Shown here: positions 12,088 to 23,658 of the stretch, in pieces
Layout: every line of letters begins with the position of its first letter
How positions within the stretch are numbered: the stretch's first letter is position 1
DNA from: an uncultured delta proteobacterium
Lineage (GTDB): Bacteria; Desulfobacterota; Binatia; UBA9968
DNA: 64,000 nt
Reading direction: 5' to 3'
NCBI GenBank assembly: GCA_963847445.1
Contig: CAWJZV010000046.1
Coordinates: forward strand, 288,001-352,000
Notes under the pieces: generated by a model
What the model was told of the DNA's origin: nothing
Seen by the model: only the letters and a program-made list of their open reading frames with translations
The model's database searches: none
Made by a program: the position numbers and the translations under genes

Positions 12088-12798
12088 ATGGCTAGCAGTT
12101 GGGACAAAGTTCGGGTCGATAACAGCGATATGCCGCTTTACGTGAATCTGCCGGCGAGCGAGCGAACCGTGCCGGGTATCGTTGTCGTGCATGGACGGTC
12201 GGGTTTGGAAGACTTCATCAAGGATACCACCAAAATGTTCGCCCAGCTGGGCTATGCGGCAGTGGCGCCGGATCTGTATCATCGCGACGGCCCGGACTGC
12301 AAAGACGGCAACGACGTGCGCAAGGCGCGCCTGCGCGATCCGTCGATCATTCGCGACATCGAAGGCGCCATCGGGTTTCTCAAGAATCACAAGCAGGTCA
12401 ACGGCGGCAAGCTCGGCATCGTCGGCTTCTGCATGGGCGGGCGGCTGGTCTACCTGATGTCGGCGGCGAGCAAGGACTTGAAAGCCGGCGTGATGTTTTA
12501 CGGCAGCAGCACCATGGAGCCTTACGGCGGAGCCGGGCCCACGCCGTTCGATCGCACCCGTGAAATCAGTTGCCCGATCCAAGGCCACTTCGGCGCCGAC
12601 GATCAAAATCCCTCGCCGGACGACATGCGCAAGCTCGATGCTGAACTGACCAAGTTTGGTAAACCGCACGAGTTTCACAGCTATGCCGGCGCGGCCCATG
12701 CCTTCGTCAACTCAGGATCGACAAACTACCGTCCCCACGCTGCGGCGTTGTCGTGGCCCAAGGCGATGGAGTTTTTTGCCAGGCATCTGGTCGGATAG
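12088..12798 (+). CDS. Dienelactone hydrolase family protein
   Basis: GFCMGG nucleophile motif; GADD; AHAF. Confidence 0.92.
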   Translation: MASSWDKVRVDNSDMPLYVNLPASERTVPGIVVVHGRSGLEDFIKDTTKMFAQLGYAAVAPDLYHRDGPDCKDGNDVRKARLRDPSIIRDIEGAIGFLKNHKQVNGGKLGIVGFCMGGRLVYLMSAASKDLKAGVMFYGSSTMEPYGGAGPTPFDRTREISCPIQGHFGADDQNPSPDDMRKLDAELTKFGKPHEFHSYAGAAHAFVNSGSTNYRPHAAALSWPKAMEFFARHLVG

Positions 12799-12920
12799 GG
12801 ATCCGGAGCTCCAATCGTTCAAAACGTTCAAGCCGTTCAAATCGTTCGGGTGGCGCGGGAGACACACGGAGCCTTTTTTACCATCAATATTACTCAACAC
12901 AGCCGCATGGCGCAGAACTT

Positions 12921-13803
12921 TTAATTGCTCGACGGAGTTCCCGGCGGCAGGATATAGGGCGAGCCGACTTGTCTGAAGGCGCGAACCATTGAGGTTAACC
13001 GGCGCTCGCGGGCGGTCTTGGTAAACTCCTCGATCTCGGGCAAGCGGTCGAAGCCGGATTTTTTTAGTCCGCGCGGAACTTCCATGATCGCGTGGATGTC
13101 GATCATGCCTTTGGCGAGCATATCGGCGTTGCGCCGCACCAAAGTGTCGGGATTGTTTACGCGACCGTCGATTTCACCTCTGGCGAGCGCGATGTCCTGC
13201 TCATTTCCAGAGTAGCCAACGAGCATTTTCGGTTCTCTCAGGCCGATCATCCAGGCAAACAGGCGGCCGACGAAATAATTGGAATGGCCGACCGCCTGGG
13301 CGCCGATGCGTATTCCGGGCGCTTGGCGCAGTGCTTCCAAGCTGGCAAAGCCGGCATCGCGCCGGGTGATAAAAACCCAGTGGTAGGTGCTGTGGGCGGA
13401 ACCCAGATAGATCAGTTTGTCGAGATCGTAGAGGACCCCGGCCTCTTTCAACGCGGCATTGGCGACCAGGCCGCCGCCGATGCGGCCGATGGTGAGCCCG
13501 TCAGGCTTGGTGTTGTGAAAAATATGGTTGGCGGCCTTGGTGCCGCCGCCGCCGGGCATATATTGGTAGGCGATGGTTGGCTCGCCGGGTATATGCTTTC
13601 TCAACACCGGAATCGTCGCTCGCACCATAGTATCGGACGTGTCGCCGGGGTCGGAGGATTGCAGGATCGTGAGAGTTTTTCCCTGGTAGAACTGCGCCTG
13701 AGACAGCGCGGGATGCACCGACCACAGGTTTAGCAACAGTGTCAGCGTGAGTGATCGCCGACGGGTTTAGAATTCGTTGGGAGCATTTAGCGTCTCCTTG
13801 CAT
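12921..13803 (-). pseudogene. TctC/Bug family substrate-binding protein, 3' truncated
   Basis: FYQGKTLTI, MPGGGG..AAN, PDGLTIG; similarity ends shortly after LPPGTP. Confidence 0.7.
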
Positions 13804-13878
13804 CGATTTAAGGTTCGCCTAGGCGTAATATCGCGCAGCGGTGCAATCGTTGTCAATGTGGATTTAGTTAATCAAAGG

Positions 13879-14175
13879 TCATGAAAATTTCCGAATGACT
13901 GCTTCGATCCGTGACTTCCGCAGCTCGCGAATAGCTTCATCGATGTCGCCAACGGCGTCGCGATCCCGCCGATCTTCATGATCCTTTTCCCGCGGACGGT
14001 CTTGAAATACTTTGACGTGCCGGAGAGCTGCAGGTATTGGTCGACCCCGATGATAACGGCGCGTGGCTTTTGCGCTTTGTGACGACATAGGCTTCGCCAT
14101 GCTTGGCGACCCGGTCGATTATCTCGCCGAGTTTCGATCGAGCTTGACGAAAGTCAGGGTTTTTTCTTTCATCAT
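13879..14175 (-). CDS. Phd/YefM family antitoxin (frameshifted; no toxin adjacent)
   Basis: Reconstructed MKEKTLTF.QARSKLGEIIDRVAKHGEAYVVTKRKSH.AVIIGVDQY; AAGGAG RBS. Confidence 0.75.
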
Positions 14176-14294
14176 GACGGTCTCCTTGTGGAGACTCGAA
14201 ATGTACACTAAGTGGACGGCTCGGTCGAACTTAGAGGGGTTGACATTGTCGAACCGCTTGGAGCAAATAGGGCGCATAACACAAGGAGGTCTTT

Positions 14295-14730
14295 ATGGGA
14301 CTATTAAAAATCGAAGGCGTGACGCATTGGTCGATTCCGGTGAACAACTTGGACGAGTCGGAGAAGTTTTACGGCGATCTGCTTGGGCTCAAGCATCTTG
14401 GCCGGCTCGGCAACTTCCGGGATGTCTTGTTTTAACGTCGGCGATCACAACATTTTGCTCTGCGAGCGCTCGAAGGACGTGGACAAACCCATGTCGAGGA
14501 GCGCAACGTGCATCATTCGTTCACGGTGGCGCCGGAGACGATAGCCCAGGCGTGCAAGGTTTTCAAGGAAAGAACGTGAAGATCGACGAGCTGTACTATC
14601 GCAAGGGCGGCTATTTTCCCGGGCGTGAGCTTTACTTCTTCGATCCCAGCGGCAACCGTTTGGAGCTGCGCGATCCGACTTGGAAGGCGGGAATGCCGGA
14701 GCCATCCTTGACGAAGTCGCCAACGGGTAA
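14295..14730 (+). CDS. VOC/glyoxalase family protein (frameshifted)
   Basis: MGLLKIEGVTHWSIPVNNLDESEKFYGDLLGL...LYFFDPSGNRLEL; AGGAGG RBS. Confidence 0.85.
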
Positions 14731-14912
14731 TCAGCTGTTGGGTTCAAAACGTTCAAGTAGTTCAAAGGTTCAAGGTGGCAATTCGGACAAGACGGTTTGA
14801 GATTTCATTGCGTTCGGGTTGGCTATCCTGCACGAAATTTGGAAACGGCTTGAACGATTCGAACGTTTGAACTCGAATCGTTCAAGCCGTTTGCATTTGG
14901 CGGTTATGCCGA

Positions 14913-15756
14913 CTACTTCTTGACCGGCTCGGGCACACCGGGCAGCTTGGTTTTCTCGTTGTAGTATTCTTGCGAAAATTCCGGTTTGCGCCGTTCGGAA
15001 AAGGCGGCTGAGCCTTCGTCGTAGTCTTTGCTGTTGCGCAGGTGGGCGTAGAATTCCCGGTGCACTTCGAAGCCTTTTTCCCATCCCTGGATCTCGTAGA
15101 GCAGTTTGTCTTCGATGAACTCGACGGTGTGCTGGGCGATCAGCCGGCCGTTGCGGTTGATGGTCGTGGCCAGTTCGATGCAGTCGTCCAATAGTTTGGC
15201 CGGTTCGCAGACCTTCTGCACCAGGCCTAGACGAAAAGCGGTGTCGGCATCGACCATCTGGCCGCTGAGCGCAAACCAGTAGGCCCATCCGGTGGGCAGC
15301 TGGCAGACGTAACTCGGCCACGCGGCCAGATGCGACCAGCGCACTTCGGAGCAGCCGAATTTCGACGCCGGCACGCAGTAGCGAATATGGCATGACAGTG
15401 CCAGGCTGAAGCCGCCGCCGACCGCGTAGCCGTTGATGGCGGCGATGATCGGCTTGTGCATTTGCAGCGGGCGCAGGCTGGAGTAGCCGCGCGGGCCGGA
15501 GCGCGGTCCGGTCATTTCACCTCGGGCGAAGGCGATGTTTTCCTTCAAGTCGCCGCCGACGCAAAAAGCGTCCGCGCTGCCGGTCAGGATAATCGACCAG
15601 ACATCATCGTCGGCTTTGGCTTTTTGCCAGCATTCATCGAGCGCCCAATAAAGGTCGCGGCTGATGGCATTCTTTTTTCTCCGGGCGATTGAGCTTGATG
15701 ATCGCGATATGGGGATCGCGCTTCTCGTAAATACATAGGGGTCCTGGTTCGGCCAT
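14913..15756 (-). CDS. Enoyl-CoA hydratase/isomerase family protein
   Basis: AFCVGGDL; KPIIAAINGYAVGGG; EGSAAFSERRKPEF. Confidence 0.9.
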
Positions 15757-15871
15757 GTGTTCCTCCTGTTGTTATGATAAGGCAAAATGTAGAAATTAGA
15801 TAATTTCAGAACGGTTCAGAAGTCATTCGCGCTTCATTGTCAATTTTTACTTTATCCTGGTTGTCGAATTG

Positions 15872-17082
15872 TTAATAAAGCACCTTCTCTTCGTCCAATT
15901 TCTTGATTTCATCGTCGCTGAGACCCAGCAGGTTGCGGGCGATCTCGTGGGTGTGCTCGCCCATGAGCGGCGCGACGCCGCGGACTTTGCCCGGTGTCAG
16001 CGACATGCGCATCGGGCACGTTTTCAGTTACGACATCGCCGGCTTCAGGCTCGGTGAGGTTGACGAGAAAACCGGTGGCGGCGTACTGCTTGTCGTTCTT
16101 GAACTGATCTTCGACGTCTTGCACCGACGGCGGCGCAGACATCGACGCTTTGGACCAGCTCCATCACTTCGTAGGGATCATGCTGCATGGTCCAGCTGGT
16201 CACCCACTTGTCGAGTTCGTCTTTGTGGCGCACGCGTTGCCAGTGGGTGGCGAAATTGGCGCTGCGCTTGAGCCCTGATTTTTCCAACAGGCCGGCGAAG
16301 CGTTCCCACTCGTCTTGCGTGTAGACGGCGATCACGCACCAGCGGTCGTTGCCTTTGCATTGATAGGGGCCGTAGGGCGAGGCGACCAGACTGCGGTTGC
16401 CTTCGGGCTGGGGCTCGCGCTTGTTGACGGTGTATTCGAGATACCGCGGTCCGAGCAGGGCGGCGCCGATCTCTTGCTGGGCGTTGTCGATCCACTGACC
16501 GCGGCCGGTCTTTTTTCTTTCAATCAACGCGAGGACAACGCCGAAGGCGCCGGTGACGCCGCCCATGAAGTCGGGATGCTGCGTGCGCGGCTCGGCGGTG
16601 GCCGTGGTCGCGCCGGGGTAGTTCCACAAATAGGTCGTCGCCATGGTGTTGCCGACGTTGGGACCGTAGGTGAGGTCGGCGGCGTGGGGGCCGGAGCAAC
16701 CCATGCCTTTGACGCGGATCAAGATCATGCGCGGATTGATCATCTGCAGATCCGGCCAATTGAGGCCCCACTTTTCTAAAATGCCCAGGCCGAAGTTTTC
16801 CACCAGCACGTCGGACTTTTTCACCAGCTCTTTGACCAGCTCGCGGCCCTTCGGGGTCTGCATGTTGACGGTGAAAGATTTCTTGCCGCGTTGGAGCTTC
16901 ATGAAGTCGGGCTTCTTGTTCCACAGCTTGGGATCTTCGCCGCGATGGCCGTCGCCGCGCAGACGGGTCTCGCAGCGGATCACTTCCGCGCCGAATTCAC
17001 AGAGCACGCGCGCGACGGTGGGACCGGCGGCGCCGGTGGTTAGCTCGATGACGCGAATGCCTTCAAGGGGTAGTTGGCTCAT
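15872..17082 (-). CDS. CaiB/BaiF family (class III) CoA transferase, Asp-containing subunit
   Basis: PLEGIRVIEL, GAEVIRCE, DVLVENF, HPDFMGG. Confidence 0.92.
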
Positions 17083-17201
17083 GGAAAATTCCTTTCAAAC
17101 AATGGCTGGAAGGTTGGAGTATTGGAATGGTGGAGCGTTGATTGGGTCCGGAACCCATCACTCCAACACTCCAGTACTCCAATCACTCCAATCTCTTGCC
17201 T

Positions 17202-18406
17202 TCAGATCACTCCCTCGGCTTGCAGGGCGACGAGGTCGTCGCTGTTCATGCCGAGATCGCCGACGTAGATTTCCTGGTTGTGCTCGCCCAACAGCGGCGC
17301 GGGGCGGAAGATGCCGCCTGGAGTTTCCATCAAGCGCGGCACTGGGCCGAATTGCTTGTATTTGCCGACCATCGGATGCTCCATGTCGACGAATAGGCCG
17401 CGCGCCTTGGTTTGTTCCATCTCGACGAATTCGCCGGCGGTGTTGATCGGCGTGACGGCGATGCGGCGCTTCTGACCTTCTTCGTAAAGTTCTTCTTTGG
17501 TGTGCTTTGCACAGAATTCGGCGACGGCGCCGACGACGATGTCGGGATGTTTGCGCCGGTAGGCCATCTTTTCGAACTCCGGACCGGAGATCGACGGCGG
17601 GCTGCCCATCCACTCGACTAGGCGGCGCCATTGTTCGACTGGAATGATGAAAATGCGCGCGTAGCCGTTCTTGGTCTTGTACGGATCGTAGAGGTCGGTC
17701 TCTTCGCCTTTGCGCGAGGCGCGCGCCGGTTTGTCGCCGGTGTAACCATAGTTGGGAATGAAATAGCCGGCGATGTGGCCGCCGCATTCATGCATCGACA
17801 CGTCGATATGCTGGCCCTTGCCGCTGTCGAGCCGATGATAGAGCGCCACGGCGATGCCGAAGGCGCCGTAGGTCGACGCCATGCCGTAGGCGATCTCTCC
17901 CGGCGGCTGCAGCGGCGGTTCGCCCGGTTCGCCGGCGAGATAGAGCAGGTTGCCCAGCGCGATGCCGGCCATGTCGTTGGCTTTGTAGTCTTTCCAGGGA
18001 CCGTTCTGGCCGAAGGGTGTGATCGAAGCGACGATCAATGTCGGATTGACCGCGCTGAGGTCTGGTAGGTCAGTCCCAATTCCTTGGCGCGCGATGGCCG
18101 ATAGGTTTCGATGACGACATCGGCTTTTTTGCATAGTTCGAGCAGGATCGCCCGGCCGTCGGGCTTCTCGACGTCGAGCGTGATGCCGCGCTTGTTGGTG
18201 TTGAAGTGAAGAAAGTACAGACTCTTTTCCGGGTGCGGCTGTCGTCTTTGAACGGCGGCACGCGGCGCGATTCGTCGCCGGCTAGGCGCTTCGATCTTGA
18301 TCACGTCGGCGCCCATGTCGGCCAAGAGCTTGGTGCAGTGCAGACTGAGCGGCCCGCCCAAGTCGAGCACGCGGTAGCCGGTCAATGGTCCTGTTGGTGT
18401 TGCCAT
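17202..18406 (-). CDS. CaiB/BaiF family CoA transferase, second subunit (frameshifted)
   Basis: PLTGYRVLDL, LADMGADVIKIE, NTNKRGITLD, APLLGEHN. Confidence 0.92.
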
Positions 18407-18642
18407 GAAATTCCTCAGAGCGAAATGTAAATTGATTCGTCGCGATTCTTACTTGGATGAAAGTGGGGTGTCAAGGCGGTGACCGGGAAGTTTCGGGTTT
18501 GGGTTCGGTTCTGAAGTTACGGGAAGGACTTCACCGCCGAGGCTCGGAGTTCGCAAAGGTTGCGTCTTCGCGATGAGAATGTTTTTTGGATTTACAAACT
18601 GCTGATCGCTTGGTTAGTATCGTGACCGACAGGAGTGAAACC

Positions 18643-19650
18643 ATGATCAAGCTTGCCATCTCGTTCGTGTTGTTGATTACAATTCCATCGCCGGCCTCGG
18701 CCCAGACCATGGCGCAGATCGTCGAAGGGGCCAAGGCGGAGAAGGAGCTGTTGACCTACGCGACCACTCAGGCGCCGGTGATGAATCGCTTGGTGCAGGG
18801 GTTCAATAAAAAATATCCGTTTATCAAAGTCGAGTATTACCGCGCCGGCGCGGAAAAGATCGCCCAGCGTTTCGACACCGAGGCTGCCGCCGGGCGCCAT
18901 GTGGTCGATGTCGTCAACTTGAGCGGCTCGGAGATGTATTGGACGGCCAAGAAAGGCAACTTCGCGGTTTACGATTCGCCGGAAAGAAAGGCGATTCGCC
19001 CAAGCTATAAAGACAAGCAAGGTTTGTGGACGGCGCAGTACTCGACCATCGCGGTGATCGGTTACAACCGCAAGCTGGTGGCGCCGGCCGACGTGCCGAA
19101 GAGTTATGACGACATGCTGCTGCCGAAATGGAAAGGTCATATCGGTTTGGATCAAACCGACGACGACTGGTACATGGTGCTGGTGCATGTGATGGGCGAG
19201 AAGAAAGCGTCGGAGTTCATCCGCGCTCTGGCCAGGCAAAATGTCGAATTTCGCCGCGGCCGGCAACTGGCGGCGGAACTGCTCGCCGCCGGCGAGTGGG
19301 CGATGGCGCCGACCATGCGCATCGCCGCCGGCGAAGAGATTCGCCGGAAAGGCGCGCCGGTAGATTGGGTCGCCATGGAGCCGCTGTTTCCCAATCCGCC
19401 CAACGCTCTGGCGCTGGCGCGCCGGGCGCCCCATCCCAACGCCGGCAAGCTGTGGATCGATTACATTCTGTCCAAAGAAGTCCAGGATTATTACGCCAAC
19501 GAAGTCGGCGTCAGCGTCGGCCGCGCCGATGTGGTTTTGGCCAACGAGCGGCTGCGCAAGTTGCGCTACGGCGAGATCGACTGGCCGGTGTATTTGGAAA
19601 AGCTGCAGCACTATCAAGACGAGTGGCGCAAAATCATGAAGCCTTACTGA
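18643..19650 (+). CDS. Extracellular solute-binding protein (Fe(III)/AfuA-like fold)
   Basis: Signal peptide; GAKAEKEL; PKSYDDMLLPKWKG; APHPNAGKLWIDYILS. Confidence 0.9.
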   Translation: MIKLAISFVLLITIPSPASAQTMAQIVEGAKAEKELLTYATTQAPVMNRLVQGFNKKYPFIKVEYYRAGAEKIAQRFDTEAAAGRHVVDVVNLSGSEMYWTAKKGNFAVYDSPERKAIRPSYKDKQGLWTAQYSTIAVIGYNRKLVAPADVPKSYDDMLLPKWKGHIGLDQTDDDWYMVLVHVMGEKKASEFIRALARQNVEFRRGRQLAAELLAAGEWAMAPTMRIAAGEEIRRKGAPVDWVAMEPLFPNPPNALALARRAPHPNAGKLWIDYILSKEVQDYYANEVGVSVGRADVVLANERLRKLRYGEIDWPVYLEKLQHYQDEWRKIMKPY

Positions 19651-19664
19651 GCGCGGGAGTTGTC

Positions 19665-20722
19665 ATGTTGTTATCCAGATGGAGAGTTCTCGAAGGCGAT
19701 TGTCGCCGCGGTTTTGGTCGGTTTGCTGCGACATTGCCGGTGTCGCCGCGCAATCGTCGTTCTTCGACGGCAAGACGATCAGATTGATCGTCGGTTATCC
19801 CGCCGGCACCACCCATGACATCTGGGCCAGGATGGTGACGCCTTACTTGAAAAAATATCTCCCCGGCAATCCCGATTTCATCGTTCAGTCGATGGCCGGC
19901 GCGGGCTCCATGGTGGCGGTCAATTACATCAACGGCGTCGCCAAGCCGGACGGCCTGACGCTGGCGACGTTTAACGCGGCGCTCTATTTCGAGCAGTTGA
20001 TCGGCCGCAAGGAAGTACAGTTCGACTGGCCCAAGCTTGGCTGGATCGGCAGTTCGACGCCGGCGACGCGGCTCTTCTACATCCGCGCCGATCATCCCTT
20101 CTCGACAATTGCCGACCTGCGCCGCGCGACCGATCCGCCGAAGTGCGGCTCTGCGGGGCGCGGCGGCAGCGGCTATATTTTGCCCAAATTGTTCGAGGAA
20201 GCCCTCGGCCTCAAGCTGGCGATCGTGACCGGTTATCCGGGCGGCGGCGAAGTCGATCTAGCGATCGAGAAGGGCGAAGTGCAATGCAACTCCACTTCGC
20301 TCTCGGTTTATTTCGGCCGCGAACCGTTTCACACCTGGCGCAAGAAGAACTTCGTGCGCGTGCTGATTCAGACCGGCAACAAACGCGATCCCCGGCTCGC
20401 CGACGTGCCGACGATTTACGAGCTCATGGATCAGTACAAGACGCCGGAGGCGAGCCGCCGTTTGACCGCGGTGTTTCTCGACGCCGGACGTTTCGGTTCC
20501 TGGCCCATCGCCGCTCCGCCGGGGGTTCCTGGCGAGCGCGTTAAAATGTTTCGCGACGGTTTCGTCAAAGCGCTGAGCGATCCGGCCTTGCTGGCGGAAG
20601 CCGCGAAGAAACAACTGGAGGTCGAAACCATTCGGGGCGAGGAGCTTGAAAGCCTGGCCAAGGAAGTGATGGCTCAGCCCCGCGAGGTGGTCGAGCGGCT
20701 GAAGGATTTGCTGGCCAAGTAG
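19665..20722 (+). CDS. TctC/Bug family substrate-binding protein
   Basis: FFDGKTIRLIVGYPAG; MAGAGSMVAVN; GYPGGGEVDLAIEKGE. Confidence 0.9.
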
Positions 20723-20767
20723 TAACGATGCGACAACACTTTTTGACTACTATCGGGGATAATTTGC

Positions 20768-20903
20768 GCGGCTTGGGCAAATTTCTCGATGCGCCAAAGC
20801 CAAGAGGGCGGGTTTCAAACCCGCCCCTACGACTCCCGATTCTTTTTTTGCGCCCTCTGCGTTCTTTGCGGCCATGCTTTTTTTCGGTCGCGGCTTCGCC
20901 GCG
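20768..20903. repeat. ~130-bp composite MITE-like repeat, copy 1
   Basis: Closely similar to 62775-62899 and to the inverted copy 44273-44396; contains a GTAG-type REP hairpin plus a 9-bp-unit arm. Confidence 0.85.
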
Positions 20904-21896
20904 TGCACAACGCGCTTGCTTGTGCAGTGGCTATCACGGCAATTCTATTCACGGTAGTCTCCCGGACCGGTTCGTGCCGCCGACAAACTGCGCGTCGCCT
21001 TCGTCAGTCCGAGCGTCGCCTTGTCGCTGCCGTGGGTGGCTAAAGAGCTGGGGATTTTGGCCAAGTATGATTTAGTCGCCGAGATTCTGCTGATTACCGG
21101 CAGCCCGCGCTTGGTCCAAACGCTGATCTCTGGCGATGTCGATGTCGTGTTCGCCGGCGTCACGGCGCTCACGCGCGCGCGTCTGCGCGGCGCGGAGGTG
21201 GCGATACTCGGCGCTTCGGCCAACCTTTCGAGCCAGAAGTTGATGGTCATTCGCAGCTCGAAGGTTCGCCGTCTCGAAGACTTGAAAGGCGCGACCATCG
21301 GCGTGTCGCAGTTCGGTTCCGAAGCCGACACCTTCACGCGCAATGCGCTGGCGACGGTGGGACTCCGGCCGGACCGAGATGTGACGATTCTTCAGCTCGG
21401 CGGCCATCAGCAGGTTGCTGCCGCCATGGCGGCGGGAAAATTGGAAGCCGGCGGTTTGGGCGGACTCGCGGCGCTCACCGCGGAGCGCGCCGGGGCGCGG
21501 CTTCTCAGCAGCGCCGCCGAGCTGAAGATTCTTTCGCCCGCCGGCACCTTCGCGACCACGCGCGGTTATATTCAGCGCAAGAGAAGCGTCGTCGAGCGGC
21601 TGATGCGCTCGTTCGTCGAAGCGATTCATTATCTGAAAACCAACCGGAACGGTTCCATCGCTTTGCTGCAAAAGTACCTGGGCGGGCTGAGCGCCGTGGA
21701 GGCGGCTTATCTTTACGACGAGCAGGCCGATTTGTTAGAACGATTGCCGGCGCCCAATGAGAAGGCGCTCCAGGCCGTGCTCGGGCGCGAGAACGATGCA
21801 AAGTTGAAAACCATGTCGCCGGCGGATTTCATCGACGCGAGCTTTTTTAGAGATATTGAAAAGAGCGGCTTGATCGAGCAGTTGTACCGGAAGTAG
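20903..21896 (+). CDS. ABC substrate-binding protein, NMT1/SsuA-like (5' frameshift)
   Basis: LPWVAKELGILAKYDL; DLKGATIGVSQFGS. Confidence 0.85.
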
Positions 21897-22012
21897 TGGG
21901 TTAGCGATGTTCGTGCGGCGAGCATGCGCATCAAGAAGAGTGTCTCGCGCAAAGGGCGCCAAGGACGCAAAGGGAATGACTTCAGAGAAGCCAGCTCACG
22001 GGAAATCCGGAT

Positions 22013-22040
22013 GTAGGGGCAGGTTTGAAACCTGCCCTCT
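22013..22040 (+). repeat. GTAG-type REP hairpin
   Basis: GTAGGGGCAGGTTTGAAACCTGCCCT. Confidence 0.75.
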
Positions 22041-22122
22041 TGGAATGCTCGCAATTGCAATGCTGTTTCGAAGTTGACGATGGAATATTAACCCGGCCTC
22101 CAAAACACGAAAGGAGAAAACC

Positions 22123-22485
22123 ATGGCACGCATAGGACATATCGCATTACTGACCAAGGACACCGAGAAACTCGCGGCGTTCTACAAGACTTCCTTCGGT
22201 CTCAACGAGGTCGCCCGCAGCGGCGAAGCCAGCGAACATGGCAGAGCGATCTATCTCTCCGACGGCCATATCAATTTGGCGATCCTTCCGGCGCGCAACC
22301 GGCGCGAGGGGATCTATCACTTCGGCATGCAAGTGGAAGACGTCAAGGGCGCGACGCAAACCGCGCTTGCCGCCGGCGCCACCGGCGGCACGGCGAATCT
22401 CCCCAAGGATGGACGCTTCGCCGAAACCTTCGTGCTCGATCCGGTGGGGACGCGGGTGGATTTGTCGCCGGGGTGGAAAGTGTGA
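22123..22485 (+). CDS. VOC family protein
   Basis: IGHIAL; YLSDGHINLAIL; GIYHFG; DPVG. Confidence 0.9.
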   Translation: MARIGHIALLTKDTEKLAAFYKTSFGLNEVARSGEASEHGRAIYLSDGHINLAILPARNRREGIYHFGMQVEDVKGATQTALAAGATGGTANLPKDGRFAETFVLDPVGTRVDLSPGWKV

Positions 22486-22592
22486 CCTAGCTTTGCACTC
22501 TAGCTTCTTCGACCGCGCCAGTTCGCTGCATGAGGCGACGCTATTACAACGTTCGTTAGCGCATCGATATGCGTGAAATGATGGAGCAGGTT

Positions 22593-23597
22593 ATGCAATC
22601 CAACAAATTCATCAGGGTCTGTTTGTTGACAGCTATGGTTTTATTGTTTTCACGCGCGCAACTCCATGCGCAGCCGGCGCTTGAACGAATCAACGCGATC
22701 TATGCATCACTTGCCGGCGATCATGCCGCGCTTTACGTGGCCCAAGAGATGGGCTTGTTCCGCAAGTACGGTCTGGATGTCAATCTCAGCTACACCGCGG
22801 GAGCGGCGCAGGTGATTCAGACCATGATGGCCGGCGAGAATCAGATCGCGACGGCTGGCGGCAGCGGCGTGGTCGACGCCGATTTCGCCGGCGCGGATCT
22901 GGTCGCGGTGGCGGGCATGGTGAACATGCCCGCCTTCTATATCGTCGTTCAACCTGAGATTAAATCGATTCAAGATTTGCGCGGCAAACCGGTGGGCGTC
23001 ACCCGCTTCGGCTCGTCCACCGATTTCACCATGCGCTATATTCTGAAGAAGGCCGGTCTCGAGCCCGACAAAGATGTGCCGTTGCTACAAATGGGCGGCC
23101 AGCCGGAACTCGCGGTGGGAATGGAAGCGCGGCGGATATTTGCCGCGCCGATGACGCCGCCGGCGCTGCAAAAGACGCTCAAGGCGGGAGCGAGGATCCA
23201 GATTCCACCGAAAACTATCGGTCTCAGTTTTCCTCACGTCGGCATCGTCGTGCGCAAAACTTATCTCACCGCGCACCGTCAGGTCGTGAAGAATTTCATT
23301 TCCGGCTATTCCGAGGGCGTCGCCATGCTGCAAAAAGACAAGGAGGGGAGCAAGAAAGCGATCGCAAAGTTTCTCCAGACCACCGACCCCGAGGTCCTCG
23401 AAGCGAGTTGGCAGTTCGGCGTCGACGTCATCGAACGCATCCCCAATCTCGATCCCGAAATGTTCAAGCTCGTCCTCGAAGAGCGCGCGCAAACCCGCCC
23501 GGAAGCCAAGAAATTTAAACCCGAGCAGTTTTTCGACGACAGTGTGGTGAAGGAGTTAGAGAAGGAAGGGTTTTTCAAGAAGATCTTTGCGCGGTGA
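22593..23597 (+). CDS. ABC substrate-binding protein, NMT1/SsuA-like
   Basis: Signal peptide; GLFRKYGLDV; DLRGKPVGVTRFGSSTD. Confidence 0.92.
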   Translation: MQSNKFIRVCLLTAMVLLFSRAQLHAQPALERINAIYASLAGDHAALYVAQEMGLFRKYGLDVNLSYTAGAAQVIQTMMAGENQIATAGGSGVVDADFAGADLVAVAGMVNMPAFYIVVQPEIKSIQDLRGKPVGVTRFGSSTDFTMRYILKKAGLEPDKDVPLLQMGGQPELAVGMEARRIFAAPMTPPALQKTLKAGARIQIPPKTIGLSFPHVGIVVRKTYLTAHRQVVKNFISGYSEGVAMLQKDKEGSKKAIAKFLQTTDPEVLEASWQFGVDVIERIPNLDPEMFKLVLEERAQTRPEAKKFKPEQFFDDSVVKELEKEGFFKKIFAR

Positions 23598-23658
23598 AAC
23601 GGAGATTCAGCAAAGTGTCGGCCTCGTAAGATAGCTCTTGCCAACGAAGAGATTTGCT

